From contig JAUCBJ010001966.1 in assembly GCA_032718475.1 (NCBI GenBank), positions 18,236 through 82,235 of the forward strand: a DNA stretch of 64,000 nucleotides, in the 5' to 3' direction. Positions within the stretch are counted from its first letter, which is position 1. Each line of letters begins with the position of its first letter. A program made the position numbers and the translations under genes. Shown one piece after another: positions 38,943 through 51,663 of this stretch. This stretch comes from Nemertoderma westbladi. Taxonomy: Eukaryota > Animalia > Xenacoelomorpha. The notes beneath the pieces were generated by a model, which did not search any database, had not been told where the DNA came from, and saw nothing but the letters and a program-made list of their open reading frames with translations.

Positions 38943-41900
38943 ATATATGTTGCCATGAGCAAACGAATGCCTCGGGGGATGGAAGGCAGGTCTCCAGGTG
39001 TATTAAATCATGGCAGGTCTGTTGGTGGACGCCTACGGCGGATTTCAACATAGAGTAATAATGGTTACTGACTGGGTTTAAATTGGAACCGAGCCATGAC
39101 TGAGCCATGGGAGACCCCAGATAAACATAGGATGGACAGTTTCAGACCTTCATGATGCTGTTTGGGGGTTTCGAAAATTAGACCCTCCCTTGCCATTTAT
39201 GACAAGGAACTTAGTCTTCTTAATATTGATTTTCATGTTAAAATCTTGACAATATTGTAGAAGAAATTAAAATTTTGCAATGGTGGAGCTCCGAGATGTC
39301 ACTAAGATTGCTGAGTAGTCCATAAGAAGTACGGCATGGAGGCATTTTGGAAAACCATCACTGACACTATGTTTCAGGCATTGTAGGAGTGGATTTTTGT
39401 AAATAATGAATAAGAAACAATTACCATGTGCTCCTTGGAGCACGCCCTTAAGAGAAGTAATGATGGATGAGCCTAAGAAACTTATGGTGAAACTATACAA
39501 AGATTGCAATGCGCGAAGCATGACACCTCCACAACCCAAAGACTTGAGTTGAGTAAACAACTTATATATACCTAGATACAGAATCGTAGGCAGTAGCGAA
39601 ATCAATGAAAATAATGCACAGTTTGCATTTATTACTAAGGGCATAATCTATTAATAATCTCAAGATAAGGATATGTTCCTTGCAGTTTCTACCAGGTTGG
39701 GCCCCGCCTGTTCAATGTCAGGGGATATCCACCTTGACAACCGTTGGAATAGAATGTAATCATTGAGTTTGGCAAGGGCGTTGATAATAGAAATGCCGCG
39801 GTAGTTAGAACACAAAGTACGAGACCCACGCTTAAAAACAGACACAAGTTTGCTGCAGCCCCATGTTGGTGGAAAGAATACTCCCGAAAAAACAGCATTA
39901 AATAACGAAACGAGATAAACCAACCACTCAATAGGAGGCAATTTGAGAATACCTGGAGAGATACCGTCTGGGCCAGGAGCTTTGTTTCCTTTCAAATTAC
40001 TGATACCCTTATGAACCTCCTCAATGGAGTCAAGTAATGGAATATATTGGGAGTCTGAGGTTGGGACCAGGATGGGGTCAACAAACACATCGGCATCTAA
40101 AGGGTCACCGAGGAGAGATTGAAAATGGTGGGCGAACTGGGACTCACTAGGAGAAGCAAGATTACTGGATGGAGAATTATTATCAAAACCACCCATCCAG
40201 TTTATCCGCCACCATAAGAAACTGGTATCGTTAGTACTAATTAGGTCATTCCACAACTGATGGTCAGGTACATTTGTGGGGCAAATATTAAGGTTAGGTT
40301 CAAAGTTCCTTTTATGACGTGATGACAAAGCAACTGAGTATATGATATTGGTAAAACGATGCATTATATCTAAGTTAACTGGGTATATACCAGCAGAACT
40401 GAAAGTACTTTGATGAAGATTACTTACAAATAATTCAGCGTTAATATGGGATAATTTAATAGGCTTAGCACACAAAGTCGCTGTCATGTTGTGTTAGATG
40501 AACATAGCTACCCAAATCCATTGAGCGCTTGTGTAAGGACAGTGGTGTTGGCACCGCACTGGCAGCTAGTCTGATAAAAATTGCGTGGTGCTCAGAAGGG
40601 AGAGAGGTGGAAATTGGGCCACACTCCAAAACACGATCAATTGCACCATGACTAACTAGAGCACGATCTATTTCCGATATCAGCACATTATTCCTACAGT
40701 ACGTTAGACCACCACCAAACACTTTGGCTCCCAAACTGCCATAAATCAAGTTCAGCAAGTCACAATCTTGTAGCAACTGTAATAAACGTAGACCATTAGA
40801 GTTGGTGCCTAGATCATCGGGAACTGAGCAATTAATATTTATGTTACAAAAGGGTGGGTTAATAGTTAATTTATTGCCTATTCTAGAATTTAGCTCCCAA
40901 AATAACAAACCAATGATGGGAGGGGGAATCGAAAATATGAGTTTGAATATCAGCCCATATAACCAGGTCGTAATACCTTGAGTCAGATGGTGGTATAAAT
41001 ACACATGCAAAATCATAATTGTAATTAGCAATAGTAAACCAAATACTGTCATAATTGGTATATCTAACAGACTGAACAGTTAAGGCATTATGTACAAATA
41101 CAGCAACACCCCCTCGATGGGCTTGTTTCGAACGATGGTGGTAAGGGGGATGAAACCCCAGTACAGCAAAATTATAGGCAGTTTTTAACTCTTGTAGGCA
41201 CACCACGTCAAATTGTAAAATAATTTGAGAACCTGGGGAGTTAAATATTTCTCGCTGATACCGCCACAATTCCAGGAAAGTACTTTTAATTCATTACCAG
41301 TTATTCAATTCAATTTCTGTTTATTGCTACAACATGCTCAAATGGAGCCATTATTGTTAGATTTTACAAGTAAACAAACTGAAGAAAATACTAAAGAATG
41401 TAAGACCGGTAAACCAGTGTCAGCAGTACGGTAAAGATATGCACGTATTGTAATTTATAAAGTAATGTACATAGAACATGAACACATAAATATAAAACAA
41501 CTGAAAAAGTTACAATTGGATAACTGTGGTACACTAAAAAACTGGGGCAAAACGGTCTATAACAATATCATTACGATAGACAACTCTTTGTTTACAATCA
41601 ATCCAAATGTATGCACCAGCATTCTCTGGTTTCTTCCCCTCGACTTTAACGACGTATGTCCACCTGCCAAGCTCCTTGTTTATGGTGGGGTGGACGTCAG
41701 CTTTTAAGTAGACCTTATTAAAGGGTTCGCGAGAGGCTTTCAGGTTTTTCGTCAACCCGAGAAACTCCTTATGCGGGGGGGGGGGGGGGGGGTGGCAGAA
41801 GGTCCCAGGGAGATGAGAATAGGCCGTGGGTGGATGTGGCGGGTAGGGTTCGCGGCACCCAAACGTTTAGCACTGAATTCAGTAATAGAAAAACTCATCC

Positions 41901-43564
41901 CCATTTCCTTGAAATTGAGTTTGCACTTTTCGGTATCGTCTCTCTCACCACTGAAATCCTCCTCTATGACACCTTGACATATTAAATTCATTGCACGCAT
42001 GCCGTGGTCGACAGCTTCCGTATAGCCAATGGAGTTGTTCACAGCCAGATGAAGATCAGCATTCTCCGATTCAAGAGTTTCCACACGCCTCTCTAAAACT
42101 TGTATTCGTGAGTCGACTACATCTAGAATTATCGAACGAAGGTCGCCCACGGTTAATGCCGTTAGCGGAGTGGTACGAGTAATATTAAGGGCCTGAGATT
42201 GCGAGGATTGCATTGGGATGGGCTGCTGGGAGAGGTGAGGAACAGGTGGCGGTGGGTGAGGCTGCTGCCTATCTGGATATTGCAGAGATTGCCCACCTGA
42301 AAAATACGAGGTAGCTGTTGTTGAAGTACCCTGGTTGAAAGTACAGGCAGTGCAAAAACCAGGTGGGGTGACAGGAGTTCCAATTGGTGCTGGTATCTGG
42401 GGTCCAAGGTTTAGGGTACCGGTAGATACAACTTGCTGGGGCTGGGTTAAATTGGGAAAATGATCGAGGTGGGGACTGGATCCGTGGCGAACTGGTTGGC
42501 TACTTGATCCCGCTCCACAGCAGTGATTACAAAGACCACCAGCTCTTAAATGCTGCTGGAACGACGCTTTGCATACCTTGCAGAAACCCATCACATTCTA
42601 CCCCTACAGTCTACTGCTTTAGGCCAGTGCAGTAGCGCAGTACAGCAGTAGGACTACTTCATATTCAATATTCATGCAACAAAATACAAACCATTGTACA
42701 ACTGTACTGAACTTACTGCTACATCGCCATTCAACAGTCGGTGCATTTTACAAACTAAACTAAAACACCTTTAATATCCTCGATAAACTAAAGAATGCAC
42801 ACATTAAACCTATTTTAGTTATGTTTAAATTTCAGACATTAGCGCATCGTGCTGAGAAGAGATATTCCTTTGAAGAGCTAGCTATTCAGCTGGTGGGGTA
42901 ATACATTACAAACTAACAGTTGATGTTTGCTCACTGTCTGGGATAGAGTGAGAGAGTAATAAACTTATTATTGGCAAGTAATATGCAGGTTCTGCTGTTT
43001 GCAACTTCTCTGCAGTTTGGCACACATGAGGACCAGCAGCTAGTGTTTCTATCATTGAGTTCATGGTAATTTTCGTGTTTTGGGGGTATTTTTGGAAATA
43101 AAAAAGACACTTTAATAATTTTTATCGAAACTTTTTTTCCACATCCTGGGGTTGAGCTGCGTCGATTGATATAACTTTCATTGACGGACGAGCTATAGCT
43201 TCGGAGGAGTTTATATGATTACATACATAGTGAATACGTTTACAGTAAGAAGTCCTCCCGGTCATGTTAATTATATTATAATTGTTATCTGTTCAACTAA
43301 AATAGTGATTGGGAGATCGAATTGACCTCAGCTTCGCCGACTTTTCATAGAACTGCTCAGTCAGGGTACTGGTTTGAGGGACAGGTTCGTTTAAAGCCAG
43401 CTTGCTCGCTTTCTAGTAAGCTTGCTAATCGTGTAATCAATTAAATATTTAATAATTTATACATTATTATACATCCTTATTTGTACACTACAGTCTCTGC
43501 AAACTTCATAATAAATTGTATTGTATAATTCCATAATAATAATTTACCAAATTTACTTCTATAG

Positions 43565-43818
43565 ATAACTTCGCTCTTGGACAACCTACTGGTCAAAGCA
43601 CTGAGTATGTTGGTGCTGATTCCAACAACGCAGTGGATGGCAATGGGGATGGAGGGTATGGTCAGGGTAGTTGTATGCACACCTGTTTGTGGCCAAACGA
43701 ATGCAGCGATACAATTCATTGGTGGTGGGTTGATTTAGGTGGAGACTTAGCTGTTGGAGAAGTCAAAATCTATAATCGTGTTGACGTCTGCTGTACCGAC
43801 AAGATAATTGGAACTAGG
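43565..43818 (+). CDS. Host gene exon 7: F-type lectin (fucolectin/FTP) domain 1, N-terminal part
   Basis: NFALGQPTGQST...AVDGN...CMHT...WWWVDLG...KIYNRVDVCC; acceptor CTATAG, donor GTAATT. Confidence 0.9.
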
Positions 43819-44126
43819 GTAATTGTAGAAATTTATTTAATTTACTTAAATTTACAAATCAGTGAATTCGATAAAGATATCTACAAGAATTGGTAATCTT
43901 TATTTGTTTTTTTGACATACATAATTCATTTTATTTCACAGATTACCCGTGTCGATGCCGGTATTATATTAAATATAATTAGGTTAAATAAGCACGAATA
44001 AAACGGTTGTGGTAGTGCAACGATATAAAATATAGGTTATGTGTCACGTCTAGTTGTGAGCCTTACCCAAGCTCCCACTTATTCTAAATAATCAAATAAT
44101 AATAATTATATTCATATTTACAAAAG

Positions 44127-44817
44127 GTGTACGCGACCAACAGCAATGACATAACATTCCTGAACGGTATTGGCTCCAGTGCAGAAGTACCATGTGGTAC
44201 AATCACCCAAGGAACACCGCAACTTACTGTGATCAATTGTGTTGGGAAAGTTGGTCGGTACATCGTTCTCTTCAATGATAAGTTTATTTATTAGTTTAGT
44301 TTATCGCGCAATGCGCGCAGCGCCAGACTATCTGGCATTTATTTGATCAACAATAAATTCGTAATAAAATAATAAAATTCGTAAACCGCATTACAGGGAA
44401 TTGAAATGTCTAAATATTACATATTTATAAACACAACCCGGTCACGAAATTTCAGTTATGTAATATAAGTCAATTACTAAAAATAACACATTCACACGTA
44501 GTTCTAGATTATGAATTAAAATATATTTCATACATTAATTATTTAATTAAAATAAAGGATACGTAGATCCACAATAGTGAAGTACAAGGTATGCTGCTGA
44601 CTCGTTTCGTGCATTAACAAATTTAAGTTAAGATTAAAATGGCCACGATTGCATCGAATATAGCCTATATAACCCGCTACATGTAATAGGATGTGGATTC
44701 AAAAATTCCAAATAAAGATATTTACGGTAGTCAGTTATGACTCATCAGCAAGCTGCTATAGTCAAAACTATAATGACGAAACTTTACATGTCTGCGAAGT
44801 CATGGTTTACGTCAAAG
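44127..44817 (+). CDS. Host gene exon 8: F-type lectin domain 1, C-terminal part, split by an insertion (coding 44127-44281 and 44762/44774-44817)
   Basis: VYATNS...CGTI...GRYIVLFND then NDETLHVCEVMVYVK; colinear with uninterrupted paralogous exon 51664-51870. Confidence 0.85.
44282..44769 (-). mobile_element. Insertion in coding exon, probably Penelope pLTR/retrozyme-like fragment
   Basis: Absent from paralogous exon; ATAA duplicated at 44278-44281 and 44770-44773; minus strand has CTGATGA-GTCATAACTGAC and CGAAACGAGTCAGCA. Confidence 0.65.
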
Positions 44818-45661
44818 GTGGGTTGAATAGATAATCTAAAGTAGAGTAACTCAAAACAGATTCATTTGTTACAAAAGTGTAGTCTAGTCTATATATCTGC
44901 TGGTTCATGAATATTGGAGTTAATAATTGGAAATAAAGTTATGGGATAAATGCTAGCTAAATGCTAGCTAAATGCTAGCTAAATGCTAGCTTTTTGTGTT
45001 GTATTAATATTTACCACCGGTACATAATATTAATGTGCACCTACTCTACGTGTTATATACTTACCACCACAATTTATACATATTATTAATATTCATGCTT
45101 AGCATTATTGTATTTCACTGTTACCTTCTTTTCAATGTATTAATATTTACCAGCGTGCACCTACTGTACCTCACACCTACTGCACCTCACACCTACTGTA
45201 CCTCACACCTACTGCACCTCACACCTACTGTACCTCACACCTACTTTACATTTACCACCTCACACCTACTTTACCATATTTATCGCCGATTAATATTTAT
45301 CCTTACATAATCAACCACAACATAAAAATTAGAATTGGCGTGAAATTTAAAACATTCAGTTATATGTTCTTTTCAGTTCCGTTAACGGTTATAATGTACA
45401 TTGTATATATTATATATTATAGCTCAGTATACACACCCGGCTGATGATATCCGGAAGTTTGAAACCTAGGTACCGGGTTCGAGCCCCAATAGGGTCGGTT
45501 GATATTTTTCGCTATGGAGAACATTATCATATTTTCCTATTTACATTATAATCATTATATATATACAACTTGCTTGCTAATGAGGATGGGTAAATTGGAT
45601 ATAAAGCAGTAGGATATTGCCAGTGGTTAATTTCCCATTATAATATAAATAATTAGATAAC

Positions 45662-46454
45662 TATTAGGGTCGCCATTCTGGCTGACCACAAAGCAAAAAC
45701 TTACTATAATTACTATAATTGTAAACGATTTCACCCTACTGGGCAACATGAGACCAACGTTTTATATTATTAATCATTATTTGGAAAGTATTCCATCGAT
45801 AAGTTTCCAATTTCCCTACATTAACCAATTTGCAATGAAGGAGCTTAGCCAATCAGTGATGCGGGTTAATGTGAGGAAGTGGTTAGCCAATCAGTGATGC
45901 GGGTTAATGTGAGGAAGTGGTTAGACAATCAGTGATGCGGGTTAATGTGAGGAAGTGGCTACATAAAATGCTACATAATTATATTTTCGGTTTTTCGTAT
46001 TACCTAACCCCAGCTAATTTATATTACTAATTAACCTTTACATAACTGATTCCCCATCTGTCTCATAATTCATGATATTATTCATAATTCGTACACATCT
46101 ATTATACATATCAGGTATACATACATCACCAAATCCATACATTATATATATAATGGGGGTTAGAAACCCACCTTACCTAACGTTTTCCACACTCTAACAC
46201 TAGCATCACCCTATCATCCATTTCATAGCATTAACCTAACCCTTTCACTGCTTCGCGTAGCTCCTACATTGTAATTGGTTAATAGAGGGAAATTTGAAAC
46301 ATATTGATGGCATATGTAGGCCGACTTTATTTATAATGATTATTTTTATTAATAATATCAAACGTTGGTTTAACGTAGCCCAGTAGGGCGAAAACGTTTA
46401 CCACTATAGTAATAGTGTTTGTTGCTTTCTGGTCAGCCAGTGGAGACCCCAATA
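45662..46454. mobile_element. MITE with long imperfect TIRs and three 38-bp internal tandem repeats
   Basis: TATTAGGGTCGCCATTCTGGCTGACCA.../...TGGTCAGCCAGTGGAGACCCCAATA, complementarity extends about 170 bp. Confidence 0.7.
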
Positions 46455-46676
46455 CTTATCCAAACTTTGGCTTGGTAATTATTTATATTATAAATGCGGG
46501 ATATGCTTCCCTGGTACCAAGCCTTTCCGATACAGGTTAGTTTAATTTATATTTCTTATCGTGTATTATGTGCATTACAGGCCGACTTCCTTATTTATGC
46601 AGTCTCTGCACACCTAATAATAAATTGAATTTTTTAATAATAATAGTAATAATTCCTAAAATTTGCTTTAATGCAG

Positions 46677-46936
46677 TATACAACCTAGCTCTTGGACAAC
46701 CTACTGGTCAAAGCACTGAGTATTATACTGGTGACTCTTCCGCCAAGGCAGTAGATGGCAATCCGAATGGAGAGTGGAGCCAGGGTAGTTGTATGCACAC
46801 CTGTTTGTGGCCATCACAATGCAGCGATACAATTCATTGGTGGTGGGTTGATTTAGGTGCTGATGTAGCTGTTGGTGAAGTCAAAATCTATAATCGTGTT
46901 GACGTCTGCTGTACCGACAAGATACTCGGAACTATG
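46677..46936 (+). CDS. Host gene exon 9: F-type lectin domain 2, N-terminal part
   Basis: VYNLALGQPTGQST...AVDGN...CMHT...WWWVDLG...YNRVDVCC; acceptor ATGCAG, donor GTAAGG. Confidence 0.9.
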
Positions 46937-48578
46937 GTAAGGTGGAGAAATTTACGTAATTTAATACATCATTATTTATTTTAGATGAGGACACCTAAAT
47001 TAATAAATCAATGAATTCAATATAATTAAGCGGTATTGATTTAGGGAAACGCAATGAGAGTATGTAAAGAAATACATATGGAAAATACTTGAGGGGCGAG
47101 CGACGAAAGTAAGCGAGTTGTTGTTGTCAATTTTAAACGTTAATAGCGAGCTGTATTGTTATGGCTTGGTACATATGTATGTAGTCTGGCAAAAGTTTAG
47201 AAATTTTCCAAGTTTTATTTGCGTGGGTCTTCGTGCAGCATCTGTGTAACTGTCTTACAGTTATAATAAATTAATCCACCCAAAAATTATTAGGTTTGGC
47301 ATCAGCTGGTTGCTAGGAGACTGCAGGATATATCAGGTGGGTTTGAAATTCAGCAATAATGCTGCAGCAATAATGTGACCTTGGGAAGTGTGGTAGGCCT
47401 ATTTCACTTTCAGCCATTCCAGCATTTCCAGAATGCAGAATTCCGAGTACGACATCGGTACCATGAGATGCCTGTACTCAGTACCGGTACTGTATGTTAT
47501 TGTATGTACTGTACTGTAGGGCTGTTGCTGTATGTGGTATGCCTAGCTTTCTAGGCTGGTTGTCAGTCTGTCAGTGCGCAGTGTGGTACTGCTACTGCAT
47601 TATCTGAATATTGGGACGTGCGGTAGGGTAGGGAGTCCTGCAATTGCCTGAGTGATGTCTGAATTGCGATATCGCGACTATTCAGCCATATCATGTACCG
47701 GTACGGTATCTTAATCTTATTAAACATATGTTTTACAGTACGGTACCGGTACTGTTACAGTGGTACAGAGTTACCGGTACCGTCTTCAGGTCGTTGGCGC
47801 CACCCACCACTCGGCTCGGCAACAATGCAGCCATGGAAGTTTTGAAATTATGCGGACTTAAGACAGACTGAAATATTGTCAGGTTGTACCAGCTGAGCTT
47901 TATTCCATGTTCCTACTGCACTAGGGACCCCAACAGCCCAATACTGCAATAGCCAACAACGTTTTGGAATTGTACCGGTACTCAAACAACTCGCCATCCA
48001 GGCCACCGCCTCTGTCTGTCGTAGAGACGTTGGCGACCTCGACTTTTGGTATTGCTACAGTTCAGTTCTTAAGTACCGATAGAATTGCTCAATTTTAATC
48101 TGTATCTAATAACTGAGCCCGTCCTGCGCGATGACCCCACGAACGTGTAAAAAATTACTTATGGACAAAAACCCACATATATACTACATTCAGTAAAACC
48201 ATTATTTTGAGATTTCGCCTACCCCCCTATTATCGATGATTCTAAACATTTTTGACTTTTAAACTTTTTCAATTAAGTGAATTCTTCATGGTCAAAATCG
48301 CGATTTAAAATATTTCATATATTTCACTAATTATCAAACTTGCGATTGTAAGCGCGATACTTTGGACAACATTACTAGTCTTAGCGGGCTAAATTCCGAA
48401 CATTCCAAAAATTTCTATATATCCTGATCTACTGGGTCTTTTTTTGAAATTTAAAAACCAGCGTGTTCCTCATTGAAAATCATTAATATCCGTATCATAA
48501 TTTCTACCTATATTATTCAAGTTTGGCCCTAGATTTCATTATAAATAGTAAATGAGGGCCCATCTATATATTTAACCA

Positions 48579-50240
48579 TGTAACCTGCTCCTTTCCCTCA
48601 ATTAGTTAAAGTGATCGTTTATTGTTTTGGTTAGAAAGGCCCGCCTCTGTAACCTGCTCCTTTCCCTCAATTAGTCAAGTGATCGTTTATTGTTTTGGTT
48701 AGAAACTCCCGCCTCTGTAACCTGCTCCTTTCCCTCAATTAGTTAAAGTGATCGTTTATTGTTTTGGTTAGAAAAGCCCGCCTCTGTAACCTGCTCCTTT
48801 CCCTCAATTAGTCAAGTGATCGTTTATTGTTTTGGTTAGAAACCCCCGCCTCTGTAACCTGCTCCTTTCCCTCAATTAGTTAAAGTGATCGTTAATTGTT
48901 TTGGTTAGAAACTCACGCCTCTGTAACCTGCTCCTTTCCTTCAATTAGTTAAAGTGATCGTTTATTGTTTTGGTTAGAAAAGCCTGCCTCTGTAACCTGC
49001 TCCTTTCCCTCAATTAGTTTAAGTGATCGTTTATTGTTTTGGTTAGAAAAGCCCGCCTCTGTAACCTGCTCCTTTCCCTCAATTAGTTAAGTGATCGTTT
49101 ATTGTTTTGGTTAGAAAAGCCCGCCTCTGTAACCTGCTCCTTTCCCTCAATTAGTCAAGTGATCGTTTATTGTTTTGGTTAGAAACCCCCGCCTCTGTAA
49201 CCTGCTCCTTTCCCTCAATTAGTTAAAGTGATCGTTAATTGTTTTGGTTAGAAACTCACGCCTCTGTAACCTGCTCCTTTCCTTCAATTAGTTAAAGTGA
49301 TCGTTTATTGTTTTGGTTAGAAAAGCCTGCCTCTGTAACCTGCTCCTTTCCCTCAATTAGTCAAGTGATCGTTTATTGTTTTGGTTAGAAACTCCCGCCT
49401 CTGTAACCTGCTCCTTTCCCTCAATTAGTTAAAGTGATCGTTTATTGTTTTGGTTAGAAAAGCCCGCCTCTGTAACCTGCTCCTTTCCCTCAATTAGTCA
49501 AGTGATCGTTTATTGTTTTGGTTAGAAAAGCCTGCCTCTGTAACCTGCTCCTTTCCCTCAATTAGTCAAGTGATCGTTTATTGTTTTGGTTAGAAACTCC
49601 CGCCTCTGTAACCTGCTCCTTTCCCTCAATTAGTTAAAGTGATCGTTTATTGTTTTGGTTAGAAAAGCCCGCCTCTGTAACCTGCTCCTTTCCCTCAATT
49701 AGTCAAGTGATCGTTTATTGTTTTGGTTAGAAAAGCCCGCCTCTGTAACCTGCTCCTTTCCCTCAATTAGTCAAGTGATCGTTTATTGTTTTGGTTAGAA
49801 ACTCCCGCCTCTGTAACCTGCTCCTTTCCCTCAATTAGTTAAAGCGATCGTTTATTGTTTTGGTTAGAAAAGCCCGCCTCTGTAACATGCTCCTTTCCTT
49901 CAATTAGTTAAGTGATCGTTTATTGTTTTGGTTAGAAAAGCCCGCCTCTGTAACCTGCTCCTTTCCCTCAATTAGTTAAAGTGATTGTTTATTGTTTTGG
50001 TTAGAAAAGCCCGCCTCTGTAACCTGCTCCTTTCCCTCAATTAGTTAAGTGATCGTTTATTGTTTTGGTTAGAAAAGCCCACCTCTGTAACCTGCTCCTT
50101 TCCCTCAATTAGTCAAGTGATCGTTTATTGTTTTGGTTAGAAACTCTCGCCTCTGTAACCCGCTCCTTTCCCTCAATTAGTTGAAGTGATCGGCCGCCTC
50201 TGTAACCTGCTCCTTTCCCTCAATTAGTTAAAGTGATCGG
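48579..50240. repeat. 68-69-bp satellite, ~24 units, probably inside a Helentron-like element spanning about 47090-50520
   Basis: Unit TGTAACCTGCTCCTTTCCCTCAATTAGTTAAAGTGATCGTTTATTGTTTTGGTTAGAAAAGCCCGCCTC; flanked by ~57-bp direct repeats. Confidence 0.95.
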
Positions 50241-50704
50241 TTTGGCCCTTGATTTCATTATAAAAAGTAAATGAGGGCCCATCAATATATTTAACCAAAA
50301 TTGATGCCTATATTTCGAATAAGAATTACTTTCGGGTGGGTGGGCACAATACACTTTATTATCTTTTACCAAATTTCAACACATCACTACTACATATTTC
50401 TATCGTATATTTTTTAAGGGCCAACTATAATAATTAATAATGAATGGATACTGCGCGCGATGTTTCTCGGGAGAAAAATAAAGTGTGAACTTCACATGTC
50501 TACTTGCGTAGCCTCTTTCCCCCTTATAAATTGCTGGTGGCAATTACCTATCTATCGCTTCTGCGTATCTCTACTTTAGCTCGGGGTTGCCCTAGTTACA
50601 TCAATAATAATTTATCTATCGCCACATCCATATACAGGATTGCATACTAGAAATTACTATAAATTTACTTTCGTCTATATACTCACATATAGGCTGTATC
50701 TAAT

Positions 50705-51480
50705 TTATAAGTTTATTTTATTCAAATGTGGAAGCTGCCCAACTTCCTATGTCGGTTAAACTTCACGACACTTTTGTGCCCACATAGGCGAACATACGGC
50801 AACATCTCCTCTAACTGGCAAACATGTAAAACCAGTTAATTACTCAGCCGTTCTAGAACATTCACTTACTGAGGACCACCCAACCGATACTAAAAACTTT
50901 GCTATACTTGCTTCTTCTAACATCCAATACTAAAGTTAATTCGATATCTCTAGAACTTCTCTAACTATCAGACACTAATATAGATACAGTGTGTTTATCC
51001 TAAACAAACACAACGCACATTGCACTAACATGAACCTATACACAGATTTGTAACTCATACAGTACATACCGACCGATAGAATTAATTTTAGATTTTTACA
51101 TTCACAACATATTAGCTACCTATTATCATTGCTACATATTATTGATTAGCATCCCTTTCAATAATTAAGTAAATATTTTTATTCCAAAATTGTAACATTA
51201 CTCAACGCCGTTAGTATTAACAGCGAGTTGTCATTTAGCACTTTACAACTTTAGAGGACATTACAGCATTGTATTGGCCTGTACATTTAGTATTGTATTT
51301 GGTGTTATTGTTTACGTGACGACGCATGACAATAACGTCAAGTAATGTCCACTAAGGGGACATAACTTAACGCCGTTCAAAATTTTGTACAATATACACA
51401 ATAATAATGTACAATAAATTTTGTACAATATAACTGATGATGATTTTGTGTAAAAATCGAAACGTTTCGAACTTATGCAT
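50705..51480 (+). mobile_element. Penelope-like element 3' end: GIY-YIG fragment and pLTR region
   Basis: FKCGSCPTSYVG*TSRHFCAHIGEH...SAVLEH; hammerhead-like core at 51434-51470. Confidence 0.7.
51430..51478 (+). ncRNA. Minimal hammerhead-ribozyme-like motif
   Basis: CTGATGA-T-GATTTT-gtgta-AAAATC-GAAAC; located downstream of Penelope GIY-YIG fragment; stem I weak. Confidence 0.55.
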
Positions 51481-51663
51481 ATGATCATTGAATTCATTGT
51501 TTTTTACGTGCTTTAATCTATTAATATGAAGTTAAAGTTTTTTTGCAAATTCAATAAAATTATATTTTCAAACATTCAGTAATTACTGATTGTATGATTT
51601 AAATATGCATAAATGGTTTGTCAAATTTTTTACCTGTAATTATAATATTTATATTTACAAAAG

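Larger units (their letters stand above)
36046..42860 (-). mobile_element. Near full-length degenerate LINE, RTEX/Proto2-like; 5' boundary approximate
   Basis: ORF1 42594-41534 (frameshift at G-run); APE (LQELKT, HRGGVAVFV); RT (KAPGPDGI, NYRGISI, GVLQG); C-terminal HLPVETSRW...RRFCTCG...HVLLTCP; (CTAT)n tail at 36046-36060; interrupted by a Helentron-like element and an RTE fragment. Confidence 0.8.
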
